63,088 nucleotides of DNA, filler included, from Reclinomonas americana ATCC 50394 (GCA_048213135.1; 6 parts of 3 records of this genome joined end to end with filler, not necessarily neighbours in it); one strand, 5' to 3'; positions 40,001 to 55,652 are shown, counted from the first letter of the whole stretch. The notes: a model not told the origin generated them from the sequence alone. A program made the numbers and translations.

Positions 40001-41098
40001 GTCACCCACGTACATCACTTGGTTTGTGGCATCCACCGCCACTCCCGCAGGCTGATTGAACGAGGCGGCTGCACCAGAGGCATTCGCACTCCCCGACGCC
40101 CCGTTTCCCGCCAGCGTGGTAACTGCGGCTCCTGCGGTGACCGCACGCACAGCGTGGTTCGTCAACTAAGGGAGAGAGACAGCACATAGTCAGCAGAATG
40201 CATCGAGCTGCAATCATGCATGCCAACACACACTCACATCGGCGACATACATCGTTCCCGTGGTTTGATCGATGGCGAGGCCGGCAACACTGTGAGAGTG
40301 CGTGAGTGAGTGGGAGAGAGAGAGAGAAGAGAGAGAGATGAGAGAGAAGAGAGAGAACGCAAGTACGCACTTTTTGAACTTTGCTGACACTCCTGTCGCG
40401 TTCGTCAGGCCGCACGTGCTTCCCGCAAAGGTGGTCACTGTGGCTGCGGGTGTGATGCGTCGAAGGAGACAGTTGCTGCAATCATCATCGTGTGTGCGTG
40501 CATGAGTGAGTGAGAGAGTGAGACTAATCAACAATCGACAGATGGAAGACGGAAGAGCGCACGCATGACAAACCCATAGTCGCCCACATACACGTTGCCT
40601 GCGGCGTCAAAGACCAGTCCCTGTGGAGAGAGCACACACTCATAATGTCAGCGAAGTGCACGGCTGGCGCAGCAGAGACACTTGTCGTGCACACACCATT
40701 GGTGTGTTCAGCAATGCACTTGCTCCAACGCCATCCGTTGTTCCCGAGGTACCTGCCGTGCCCACAATGGTGGAGACAGTGGAGGAGGAGACACCCAGAG
40801 TGGCAAAGTAGGGCGACCACTCAAAGGAGTTGGTGGTGCCACCCGCAACATTGTTGGGATTGATCCACGCGTTGAGAGTGACAGTCGAGCCTGTGATATT
40901 GGTGGCGACGGCGGTGGTAACTGTTTGGGCGTCTGTTGCACGTGTGCGTGTGCGTGAGTGAGAGTCGAACGAGACACGCAGCAGTGTGTAAGATAAGTGC
41001 GTAAGCGCCCACATTACCCCTCACACGCAACTCGCAGTGAGAGAGAGTGAGTGGACGAGCACGAGAACGACGAGTGCAACGCCGAGCGTTGCACGCAT
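34201..41098 (-). CDS. Large secreted protein, copy A: signal peptide, 2 x (FN3-like with inserted NHL propeller plus cadherin-like), further cadherin/Ig-like domains, 2 PAN/apple domains
   Basis: MRATLGVALVVLVLVHSLSLTA signal peptide. NHL blades such as VTTLAGNGASGSANASGAAASFNQPAGVAVD..MYVGDWLNNTVRRV. Cadherin-like NVAPTDI..TTDANAGQSFTYSIVGG..IRSTDNG..FDKAFTI. PAN domains DRPGG..CCEACDRYSQCRSWTF..CTLK and CSLWCSQLTACGSWTF..CVPK. Stop at 34201. Exon joins just before the PAN domains are not fully resolved. Confidence 0.85.
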
Positions 41099-41220
41099 CA
41101 CACCGCTGCGTGTGCGTGCGTAGACAGCGGAGTAGTATGGCATGCTTGCACTCACGCAGACAGAGCACTGAAGGAAACGGAAGAAACCCCATTTTGGCGC
41201 CAAAATTACACCAACTTCAC

Positions 41221-44200
41221 TCAGATCTTCGACCCCGACGTGCAGTCACCGCTCGTCGCACACGCCGTCGCCGTCGATGTGGCCACCACGCCACTCTTCG
41301 GCACACACTGCTTTGTCGACGCAGTGAATGTCCACGACCCGCATGCGGTCAACTGCGAGCACCACAGCGAGCACGCTTGAGGGCCAGTCGTTGTCTTGAT
41401 GGCCCACGTGAGATCGCCACCTGGTCGGTCTGCATGCAATGTCAATCACAGATATCTCTTATCACTTTTCTCTGCGAGCACTCACCCGTGCTGGTCAAGA
41501 AGCCGCTGCTGTCATACGCCGCCACACTTGTCTTTCGTCCCGACACCAAACAGAAATGCGAGCCACACACATTGCTTGTCTCTGCATTCGCGGCCGCCGA
41601 AGGCACGGTGCTCTGCATTCACCGGTGAGCATGTCATTTCCTCACAAACCCCGTCTTCGATCTCCGATCACGTACCTTCAGCGTGCACACGCTCGCGCCT
41701 GACGAGTTCGACGCCGCACCAGCATCCAGGAATGTCCACGATCGACACTGCGAGTACCGATCACACGCTTCGCAGCACCCGACCTCGCTTGCAACAGAGG
41801 GCAACACAGCCAGAGTTGTGCCGCCAGGTCGATCCACAGCTTCGAATAGGCACACTTCCAATGCCGCTGCTCAGTGTATGACGGAGAGTGAGACGGCAAA
41901 CGACGGAGCACACTGAAGCCCACAAGAAGCGCAACGAGCCACCACTCCATTCTGCACCGCTGCACAACCCGTTCCCCAAGCTGCACAAGCATCCAGTCAC
42001 CGTCAGCACCAACCACATACTCTGAATACACTACTACGCAGAAGGAAGAGCGGGCGACGACATTCATGCAGATCTGCTGCTTCCATTTCTCTCTTCTCCT
42101 CTTCATCCCTTACTCCTTCCTCCCTCACCACCACGCACCGTAGACAATCGTGAACTGCTTCGTGTACGTCAGTACGCCATCGCTCACTTGCACAAATACT
42201 TGCAGTCGCCGACTCAGTGGCGGCGCCACCGAGATCGTCAACTGATTGCCACCTACGATGCTGAATAGAGCCGCGTGCACGCCACCCGCAATGCTGAATG
42301 TCGGCGTCTGTCCCGTGTTGAGATCCACCATACTCAGTGTGCCCACCGTGAATGGCACTGTCGCACTCGAGTACGTCTGCGCACCCGACAACAGAATGTC
42401 GCTCGGACCAACGCTCCCTGCACACCTCACTCGTTTAGCTGACTCACGTATACACACTCATTCACACACATGCTTGCATACACACAGACGTACTTACACA
42501 GAGAGGGAGAGGGAAGAGAGAGAGAAGAACAACATGAAAGAAAATGAAGCACANNNNNNNNNNNNNNNNNNNNAGTCGGCCGAGGTGTTCACCAGCGCGG
42601 TTCCTGTCAGCGTCACCACTTGGCCAGCCAGTGCCGACACAAAGGTGGCCGACAGAGACGTCACAGTGGGTGCTGCATGAATGAGGGCAAAGCCAGATCA
42701 GTATCCTCGCACAGAAGAACGCGAAATCAGAGTAGCACGCAACCAGCAATGTTGAGGGTCTGGTCAAACGACATGGCAGGATTGCCATTGTCGGTCGTCC
42801 GCACAATCACCACCAACGACGCCGTCACTCCCGCATTCACAAACTGCAGCTGATTGCCGGACACAATCGTCACCAATGCGCTGCTCGCACCACCCACCAC
42901 CGAATACGTGAACGACTGCTGCGAATCCACATCACTCGTGCTCATCGTGCCGATCGCCAGTCCTGCCGTGCTGGGTGGAAGGTACGAGCTCGCGCTCAGT
43001 GTCACCGCCGTCGGTGCATTATTCACTGCCGAAAGACTAGGTCAGCATCCACATGAAGAAACACAACACTTTCACAGCGTACCACTCACCCGACGTCACA
43101 CTGAATGACTTGTCGACAAACATCGGCGGCGTGCCATTGTCGAATGAGCGAATCGAGACGGCCAGCGGACTCGCCGACTGTCCCGCCGACGTGATCTGCA
43201 ACTGCGCGCCTCCTCCGCCCAGGGAGAAGACGCCGCTGTTCGCTCCGCCGGTGACTGCATAAGTGTACGACTGGCTCCCATCGCCGTCTGTGGTGCTCAT
43301 CGTACACACAGGCATGGCGGCCGTCGACGGTGCGACATAGGTGGCAGAGCAGACAATGTCGGTCGGTGTCGAGTTGGAGGTGGTGAAGGACATGGTTGAC
43401 CCGGTGAGAGTGCTTGGTACAGTGGACGTGGAGAGGGCACGGAAGTAGTACGTCCAGTTGGCGGCGAGCGATGTGATTGACGCAGTGAGGGCGGTGCTGG
43501 AGGCAACACCAGAGGTGGCCGGGGTGGCCGAGATGGCAGTGGTGGAGCCGATGGTGAGACGGCGAATGGTGGAGTTGCTGTACTCTGGTGTATGAAAACA
43601 TTGAGAACGAAGTGACACAATAGTCGCACAAGCTCCCGTGAGACCTCGGACCTGCAATATACAAGGTAGAAGATGCAGCGTGGTACGCTATAAAGTGCTA
43701 AATGCCAAGACAAGCACTCAAGTCAGAGCAGTCTCCACACAGCGCAGGGGGAAAAGAAACACTTACCGGAGAGTAGAACCGAGCAGTCGTGAGTGGACTT
43801 CCGTCTGCCGACCCGGACATTCCTGCAGCTCCAGCGATGGTTGTGACAACGCCAGTACTGATGACGATTTGGCGAATCAAGTGATTGCCCGTCTGTGGAG
43901 ATTATCTTGTGAACAAGAAGGTAACAATAGGACCAAAACGGCCGACACAACCGCAACTTCAGCAACGTAAAGAACGCCTCGTGCTCGGTCGAGCTGGATG
44001 CCAATGGGGGTGCCGAATCGAGCCGCAGTCCCTGTAGCATCTGTTGAACCTTGTGTTCCGGTGAGCGAGCCGGCCACAGTCGACACAGTCATCGCCAGCA
44101 TGTCGATCACACGAATGTTGTGGCGATTTCGATCAGCTACAATCATTTTCCATAGTGTGAGCACGCGCGTCTTGCTACAATGATTGCACACTCGCATACC

Positions 44201-47114
44201 GACATACAGCCGATTGGCCGTCGAATCCAGTGCCACGCCAGATGGACCACTAATACGTGCCGTTGTGGCACAAGCTCCGTCAACCGTGCCCAACGATCCG
44301 ATCGTTCCACAGTACGTGGTGACCTCGCCACCATACGTGATCTGAAGAGTGGCACGTAAGTACTTGATGAGGAAGTGGTCAAAGAACGCAAACACCTTTC
44401 TTACAGCCGAGTTTCCCCAATCACCAACATACATCACTTTGTTGACCGAATCAACAACAATGCCGTGTGGAGAATTAAATCGCGCACTCGATCCGGTGCC
44501 ATTTGCAGAGCCGGAAGATCCGTTGCCAGCCAGCGTTGACACAAATCCGGAAGGCGTGCTCACACGGATTGCATGACTCCCATCCTGCAGAGCCCGACGG
44601 TGAGACGTGGTGGGAAGAGTCTCTCAAGGACGTCTCAATACTCAACGGCAGAGATGTAAAGGTATCCGGTGGTCAGGTCGAACGACAAGTCGAAGGGTGA
44701 GTTGAATCGCGCGGCATTGCCGATTCCATCAACCAGGCCAGCGACGCCTGCAGTCCCCAGAAACGTCGTTACCACACCTCCACTCGTCACTCGCCGAATC
44801 GTGTGATTGTAGATATCACACACGAATGCGATACCCGAAGCGTCAAACGCAATGCTCTGTCACATAGACGCAAGCGCGTGAGACACGCTTACGTGGTATT
44901 GTTACAATCACACCTACATCAGACGAACCGTTGCGAAATTGAATCGAGCAGCTGTGCCCGTGCCATCTGCCGATCCGGCCATACCCGCAGTGCCCAGCCA
45001 CGTCGACACCGCTGGTATGACACCCAACGCAGCCGTCGTTGGTGCCCACTCGAATGAGTTTGTCATTGTCGAGGCAGCCACAGAGTTGCCCACCACTGCA
45101 TTCAGTGTCGCCGACGACGTCGTCACACTGCTGGCTGCCAGCGTGGCCAGCGACTGGGTGGCTGTGACGCACCAAAGGGAGTAGAGGAGAACTGTGAACG
45201 ACCAGCGATGCAGAACCGACAAAGGTGACGGTGAACCAAGAAGAGAAGAGAAGAAGGAGGAAGGATAGGAGCAGGAGGAGGAGGAGGAAGAGGAAGAAGA
45301 AATCGAGGAAGGGGAGAAGCTACAAGAGCAGGAGGACGAAGAGACAGAGGATTGGAGGAGAAGGAAGAACAAGACAACGAAGATAACCATACCGACAAGA
45401 AGATGGCGAAAAAAGGAGAGAGACCCAGAGCACACTTCAACCCCCATTTGCCCCACCGGTAGTGATGGTGAACGCCTTGTCAAAGAACAGCGGCGGCGTT
45501 CCATTGTCCGTCGACCGGATCGTCACCGCCAGCGAGCTGCCCGCCTGCCCCGCCGCCACAATCACCAACGACTGCCCGCTAATCGAAAACACCGCACTAT
45601 TGGCGCCACCGACAATCGAGTACGTGAAAGACTGACCCGCGTTCGCGTCTGTCGTCTGCAGCGCACACACGGCTTGATTCGCCACCGACGGCGACACATA
45701 TGTTGTCGGCGAGCACGTAATGTCGGTCGGCGCCACATTGGTGGATGTGGTGAACGACACGGTGGCGCCATTGATGGTGCTGGGTGTGGAGGTGACACCG
45801 ACAGCGCGATAGTAGAATGTCCAGTTGGTCACCAATCCACTCAGTGAAGCGGTGATCGATGTGGCAGCGGAGCCGGTGGCGGTGGCGGGAGTGGCCGACA
45901 CCAATTGCGACGCCAGCGAGAGGCGACGGATGATGTGCGTGGTGTAATCGGCAATGAGCACCGATGCAGTCGATGCATCGAAGGCGAGGTGAACAGGCGA
46001 GTTGAAGCGTGCCACAGCCAGAGCACTGCCATCGGCTGATCCACTCATGCCCGCCGCACCGCCAATCGTTGTCACAGACGAGTCTGACACACGAATGCTT
46101 CGCACGGTGTTGTTGACTGACTGCGTGGGGGGGTTCAGGCAGTGAGAGTCAAGAAGCGAGACGTCTCAAAGTGTGGAAAAGATACGCAACATCGGCGACA
46201 TAGATGACGTTGTTTCCAGAGTCGTATGCCAGTCCGATCGGCGTGTTGAAGCGAGCGGCCGTTCCTGGTGACCGGTAAGAGCACACGCAACAAGTCCAAT
46301 CGGGGGTGAACATGATGAACTCACCAGTGGCATCCGTGGATCCAGATGCGCCGCTCGCTGAACCCGCCACCGTCGTCACCGTCATCGCCACCGTGTCAAT
46401 CGCTCGGATGGAGTTGTTCACACGGTCGGCTGCACTCACGCAAAACCAAGCAGAAGGCGCAGGTGAGGATGGGAGGAAGGGCATCATCTCTCCCGCACAC
46501 CACTCACCAACATACAGCGTGGTTCCGACGAGCAGCACGCCGTTGGGACCACCGAACCGCGCCGCCCCCGCACAGGCACCATCGGCGGTGCCACTCACGC
46601 CCGTAGAGCCACAGAAGGTCGTCGCCGCACCAGCGTAGGTCACTCGCCGAATGGTGTTGTTGAGCCAGTCACCCACATACACCACTTGGTTTGTGGCATC
46701 CACCGCCACTCCCGCAGGCTGATTGAACGAGGCGGCTGCGCCGGAGGCATTCGCACTCCCCGACGCCCCGTTTCCCGCCAGCGTGGTAACTGCGGCTCCT
46801 GCGGTGACCGCACGCACAGCGTGGTTCGTCAACTGTGTGAGAGAGACGCACGCACAGAGTTAGAATGTGTGCCTGCATCGAGCTGCGATCATGCATGTCA
46901 GCACACACTCACATCGGCAACATAGATGGTGCCAGTGGTTTGGTCGATGCCGAGGCCAGCGACACTGTGAGAGTGCGTGAGTGTGTGTGGGAGAGAGAGA
47001 NNNNNNNNNNNNNNNNNNNNNNNNNNNNNNNNNNNNNNNNNNNNNNNNNNNNNNNNNNNNNNNNNNNNNNNNNNNNNNNNNNNNNNNNNNNNNNNNNNNN
47101 NNNNGGTAGGTAGG

Positions 47115-47157
<43 letters not shown>

Positions 47158-47891
47158 AGAGAAGAGAGAAAAGAGTGAGAATGCAAGTACGCACTTTTTG
47201 AACTTTGCTGACACTCCTGTTGCGTTCGTCAGGCCGCACGTGCTTCCCGCAAAGGTGGTCACTGTGGCTGCGGGTGTGATGCGTCGAAGGAGACAGTTGC
47301 TGCAATCATCATCGTGTGCGCGTTCGAGTGAGTGAGTGAGACTAATCAACAATCGACAGATGGAAGACGGAAGAGCGCATGCATGACAAACCCATAGTCG
47401 CCCACATACACGTTGCCTGCGGCGTCAAAGACCAGTCCCTGTGGAGAGAGCACACACTCATAATGTCAGCGAAGTGCACGGCTGGCGCAGGAGAGACACT
47501 TGTCGTGCACACACCATTGGTGTGTTCAACAATGCACTTGCTCCAACGCCATCCGTCGTTCCCGAGGTACCTGCCGTGCCGACAATGGTGGAGACAGTGG
47601 AGGAGGAGACACCCAGAGTGGCAGAGTAGGGCGACCACTCGAAGGAGTTGGTGGTGCCACCCGCAACATTGTTGGGATTGATCCACGCGTTGAGAGTGAC
47701 AGTCGAGCCAGTGATATTGGTGGCGACGGCGGTGGTCACTGTTTGGGCGTCTGTGAGGTGCACGTGTGCGTGTGCGTGTGCGTGAGTGCGCTTATGCATG
47801 ATTATAATGCACCGCGCGTTCATCACACACAACTTGCATTGATGGCGAGTGAGAGAATGACGAGGAGCGCGACACTGAGGAGCGTGCGCAT
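41221..47891 (-). CDS. Large secreted NHL/FN3/cadherin-like/PAN protein, copy B (tandem paralog)
   Basis: Same exon-intron structure as copy A. It has its own signal peptide MRTLLSVALLVILSLAINA (ATG 47891) and its own stop (TSGSKI*, 41221), about 120 bp before the copy A ATG. Gaps at 42553-42573 and 47001-47104. Confidence 0.85.
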
Positions 47892-48339
47892 TGCAGAGAC
47901 GCGTGTGCGTGTGCGCATGTTCGCGGTGGCGGTGGTGCAGAGTGGCGTGTTCGCACCCGGGAAAGTGAATAAAATCTAACGGTTATAACGCCAATTTTGG
48001 CGCCAACATTTGAGTTTACACAACGGCGACTTTGCAAGGAGAAAATTGCTAAGCGCTTGCACTGCGCCAACTGTAGCGCGTTATCGCGTTTTTATCGCTC
48101 TCTCAAGATGGTGATCATCAGAGACTGAGATTTAATTTTCAGTTTACAACATGCACAACAGCGTAGTACTCACAGCGCATTCCACCACCTGCGCATGATC
48201 AAGCCACCACCGACATGAGTCTCATCGACAATACGACAGGCTGTCTTTTGTTCAACCGCATCATCTACGACGACGCCTCAACCGTTTTGCTTGCTTCACG
48301 GATCCATACCCGGCTTTGCTTTGTTTGCCTGGCTCTCAT

Positions 48340-48590
48340 ACACCCGCAAGGAATCTGCTGCTGCCTCAGGATTGGTGTCTGTGCTGATGTTTTGGATGCG
48401 GTTGAACTTGCTCATCAAGACAGCTGTTGCTTGTACATGTTTGTTGGTGAATGATGTTATCGCCATCGCGATCGATCGCGACTTGCAATTGATCGAAGCC
48501 CCAAGAGCGAACACATGTATACACACGCAAGAAACCTGCTGCTGCCCTCAAGTCTGGTGTTTGTGTTGATGTTGGATATAGTTGGAGACA
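48340..48590 (+). repeat. Two decayed copies of the dispersed intergenic repeat
   Basis: cgcaag.aa.ctgctgctgcc.tca.g..tggtgt.tgtg.tgatgtt occurs twice. gagcgaacac and ggttgaacttgctcatcaagacagc are shared with about 57640-57715, 34095-34165 and 62580-62630. Confidence 0.65.
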
Positions 48591-48661
48591 GCGTTTACAG
48601 TGGACAAATGACTCACTGCTGACTGTCCACTCTTCTGTTGCAAAGCCGACGCGCACACACA

Positions 48662-49362
48662 ATGAATCGCTTCTTCGAGTCGATTCCCACAGTCACACGC
48701 ACATACCTGCTATTAGGTGCGACTTTTGCGCGTGTGGTGTATGGTGTCTTGGCGTGAGATGGCCCGTCTGACTTGTCGATCACTCTCTCGCTCTCTCTTG
48801 TGAACACACAGCGGGGTTGACCACGGCAGTGGTCTCACTTGACTTGGCCTCTCCCTACTCGCTGTACTTCAATCCGGCAGCTGTCGTTGCCAAAAATGAG
48901 GTCGGTGATCACGCTTTTCTTTGCTCAACTCTCACACTGTCGCTCACTCTCTCTTGCTCTCTGTGTGTGCGTGTCTCTCTCTGTTTGCAATGTGCGCACA
49001 CGCAGTGGTGGAGACTAGGTGCGCGTGGGCAAGTGTGTGTTGTCTGATGGCCACGTGGACTTTGTGCACTCACACGTGTCACTCTCTGCTCTGTGCTCTC
49101 TCTATGTGTGTGTGTGTGTGCGTGTGCTCTCTCAGTGACGACTTTCTGGTACTTTGACACGTTCAGGTGAGCTGCGATGTGGTGTGGGAGAGGAAGTGCG
49201 GACAAGTCGCGACAGTTGGGATGTGACGTGGCGCGGGTGTGGAGAGAGAGAGGCGCAAGGAGGGAGAGAGAGAGAAAGGGAAAGAGGGGGAAGAGAGAAG
49301 ATTGAGTTGCGATGAGATTCGCGTGATTGTTGTGGACATATTGTGAGAATGATGCACACACT

Positions 49363-49406
<44 letters not shown>

Positions 49407-49529
49407 CTGTGTGTGTGAGTGTGTGAGAGAGAGAGAAGAGAAGAGCTTGGGCAATGGGGATCAAACACACTTTGCAGGCTCACTCTAATTCCGTTCAACG
49501 ACAACAGAGAGAATAGAGAGAGTGTGTGT

Positions 49530-49563
<34 letters not shown>

Positions 49564-51023
49564 GAGGCAGTGTGTGTATATGTTAGAGAAGAGCTTGGGC
49601 AATGGGGTCAAACACAGGTTGCAGGCTCACTCCAATTCTGTTCAACGACAAGAGAGAGAAAAGAGAGGCAGTGTGTGTGTGTGTGTGTAGACCTTGGGCA
49701 CTGCAGGCTCTCTCTCTCTCTCTCTGATTCCGCTTTGGAGAGTTGTCTCACCTCTTCCTTCTCTCTCTCCGCGCAGCCTCAACTGGTTCTTCCACATGCA
49801 CTTCCTGACATTGTACTGGAGCTCGTTGGAGCGCAACCAGTTTGATGGCAAGACTGGAGACTTTGTTTGTTGCGTTCGTCTCTCCCATTGCGTCGTTTGA
49901 ATGGCGCAGTTTTGCTGACGTGTTCTTGTGCAGTCATGATTATGTTTGGCGCTGCGCTGTTGTTGGTGAGTGGTGCGATTGATGCATAGCGAGACTTTTT
50001 CCTTTCGTCTCGCTGCTCCGTTCCTCTCACTGTTGTCCCGTTCCTCTCGCTGCTGCTCTATCCCTGCTCCTTGCCTCTCGCACTGCTCCTTCCCTCTCGC
50101 ACTGCTCCTTCCCTCTCGCACTGCTCCTTCCCTCTCCTTCCCTCTCGCTCTTCTCCCCTCCACTCGCTGTGCTTCTTGTCACTCGCTGCTCCTCTCCTTG
50201 CCTCTCGCCCTGCTTTTTCCCTCTCGCCCTGCTCCTCCCTCTCCCGCTCTGCTTCATGTCTCTCGCTGCTCCTCTCGTGTCTCTCACTGCTGCTCCTTGT
50301 CTCTCGCCCTGCTCCTTCCCTCTCCTTCCGTCTTGCTGCTCCTTGCCTCTCGCTGCTCCTCTCTCCAGCTGCTTCCCTTCCATTTCGTTGCCCCGTTCCC
50401 TCTCGCTGTTGCTCCTTGTCTCTCGCAGCTGCTCTTATCCTTCGCACTCCGCTCCTTGTCTCTCGCTGCTGCTCCTTTCCTTCTCACTCGCTCTTTTTTC
50501 TCGCTGCTCCGCTCCTTCCCTCTCGCCTTGCTCCCTCCCTCCCCTCCGTCCCCCCTCTTCCCTGTCCTCCCCCCTCCCCCCCATCTCCCCCTCCTCACCA
50601 CCACCCTTCCCCTTTTCACCGCCACAGGGCCTCGGCACCCTCCTCGGCGTCCCCTTCCTCAGCTTCTCGCTCGTCTTTATGGTGGTCTACGTGTGGAGCC
50701 GGCGGCACTCGTTCCAGCATGTACAGCTCTTCTGGTTCCAGTTCCGCGCGCCGTGGCTGCCGTGGGTTCTCATGGGATTCTCCGTAATGCTCGGCGGCTC
50801 GCCCACCATTGACCTGCTGGGCATCTTTTGCGGTCACATTTACTACGTGCTGCGCGACGTGTGGCCGCTGTACCTCTGCAAATCGCACGAGACCACCTTC
50901 CTCCCCACTCCCGGCTTCATCCAGAACCTCTTTGACCGCCGACCCCGCCCCGCAGCCGCCGCTCCCGCAGCACCAGCATTCAACCTGGCCGGTGTCGCTG
51001 CTCCCGCACCAGCGGCAGCGTAA
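48662..51023 (+). CDS. Derlin (Der1-like, Derlin-2/3 type), 7 exons including a 13-nt microexon
   Basis: MNRFFESIPTVTRTYLLL|AGLTTAVV..SPYSLYFNP..E|WWRL|VTTFWYF..|LNWFFHMHFL..LERNQFDGKTGDFV|FMIMFG..|..FLSFSLVFMVVYVWSRR..FRAPWLPWVLMGFS..DLLGIFCGHIYYVLRDVWP..LPTP..*. Confidence 0.93.
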
Positions 51024-51549
51024 CGAGACCGAGAAGAAGAAGGAACGAGTGGGAAGGTGGAGCGACAATGTGAATTTGGACAAAAATGTATCATGACTCA
51101 TTGCAAGTGGCGCGCGGGTGAGGAGAGAGGAGGAGGAGAGGAACAAGACGCGCGTTTGATAAGAGGGACAAATGTGGGCGGTGACTCATTGCGAGTTCCG
51201 CGTATGTGTTTGAGAGATGCCCAAGCGCTCACGTGGCGAGGGGGCAGACAATGACCGTGCATAGCTCGGCACTGCATTCAACAGTTTCGTGTTTTTCTCT
51301 CTGCGGACAATCCGAGTGGACAGACAGGCGGTGACTCACCGCGATCTCCTCGTCTGTATGAAGAGTGAGAGTGGAAGGAGATGCCGAAGCGCACACGCGG
51401 AGAGGTGATAGACATTACTTGTCATAACTCGGCACTGCATGCGACAGTTTCGTGTTCTTCTTACTGCGGACAATGCGAGTGGACAGATGCGGCGTGACTC
51501 ATTGTCTTGTGTGTGATTGTGTGTGAAAAAAGTGTGAGAGTGAAAGAAG

Positions 51550-54290
<2,741 letters not shown>

Positions 54291-54410
54291 GTTGCGTGTG
54301 GGCGTAGCCGTATGTGTGCCTTCTTCTTTTTTTACTCTCCTTGCTGAATGTCTTTGTGATTCAAGTCTGCGCTTTCCCTTCTTCTCGTCCCTCTCTCAAT
54401 CTCCCTTTCC

Positions 54411-54510
54411 NNNNNNNNNNNNNNNNNNNNNNNNNNNNNNNNNNNNNNNNNNNNTTAATTAATTAANNNNNNNNNNNNNNNNNNNNNNNNNNNNNNNNNN
54501 NNNNNNNNNN
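54411..54510. other. Artificial assembly linker
   Basis: 44N + TTAATTAATTAA + 44N. Confidence 0.97.
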
Positions 54511-54557
54511 CGTTTCGCATGTCTTCTAACTCGGGATGTGCGTTTTCCTGCTCGCAG

Positions 54558-54896
54558 CCAGCAGCGTCGTCAAGTCCGATGACCTCCCCATGCACATTGC
54601 CCCGCCAACCATCACCCGCGAGTACAAGAAGCTCATCACCACGTACGCACCGGAGGACAGAGGCCCGCTGTTCATCAGCAAGCCCGTGTCGTTCAAGCAC
54701 GAGGTGCACGTGTCGTTTGACCAGACCTCTGGCAACTTTGTCGGTCTGCCTCAGGAGCTGCAGCTGATGCTCGAGACGAGCGGTATTCGCAAGGATGAAG
54801 TGCGTGAGGATCCGCAGGCCGCTCTCGGCGCAGTGGAGATGATGGCGGAGGGTCCGAAGGCCGTGCAGAGGCCATCTCGAGGCAACAAGAAACTTG
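54558..54896 (+). CDS. Single exon encoding a PAK/STE20-type CRIB (PBD) domain
   Basis: ISKPVSFKHEVHVSFDQTSGNFVGLPQELQLMLETSGIRKDEVREDPQAALGAVEM fits ISxPxxFxHxxHV plus the PAK autoinhibitory segment. Bounded by cag| and G|gttcgt. Confidence 0.85.
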
Positions 54897-54961
54897 GTTC
54901 GTGGGAATGGGTGGGCAAGTGGTGACAGGGGATTTGCAAAGAGCGGATCAGATCTTAAGCA

Positions 54962-55016
<55 letters not shown>

Positions 55017-55178
55017 GTCGTCGTCGTCNNNNNNNNNNNNNNNNNNNNNNNNNNNNNNNNNNNNNNNNNNNNNNNNNNNNNNNNNNNNNNNNNNNNNNNN
55101 NNNNNNNNNNNNNNNNNNNNNNNNNNNNNNNNNCCAAGGACGGGCAGCACTCTCTCTATACTGCCTCTGCATACTCAC

Positions 55179-55652
55179 CAGAAGCGCCCGGCACAAAATC
55201 CTTCCATGTATCGGGCACACCGAGCAGTTCGCCCGTGACAGGGTCCCTCGTGATGTTCAGCACCTTGCTGAAACCCATCGGCCGCGATATTGGCGTCGAG
55301 TCGTCCACAATGGCCGGCATGGACCCAGAGGGACCGGCCAGTGCTGCTGCAGAGGCCGCTGCCGTCGGCGTGGTCGTGGTGGTCGTGGTGGTGGTGGTCG
55401 ACGAAGAACCGCTGCCGCTTCCTGACGGCGCGGGGGGTGCCGGGCGGGCGGGCGGGTTTGCCGCGGCTGGCGTGCAGTACGCGTGAGACGACGGAAAAAG
55501 GGGAGGAAAGGGGGAGAGGGGGGTGGGTTCTCACCGGTGGACGCACGCGGCGGCTGTGATTGCAACGCAGGCGGCGGCGGCGGTGGCGGACTCAGTGGAC
55601 CGGCAGAGATGGCCACAGCGGAACCGGCGGCCGCGCCAATACGTGACACGAC
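55179..55652 (-). CDS. Two exons: Pro/Thr-rich linker and a degenerate CRIB-like motif
   Basis: Exons 55652-55535 and 55466-55179 read ..PPPPPPA..|..TTTTTT..ISRPMGFSKVLNITRDPVTGELLGVPDTWKDFVPGAS|gtgagt. Confidence 0.65.
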
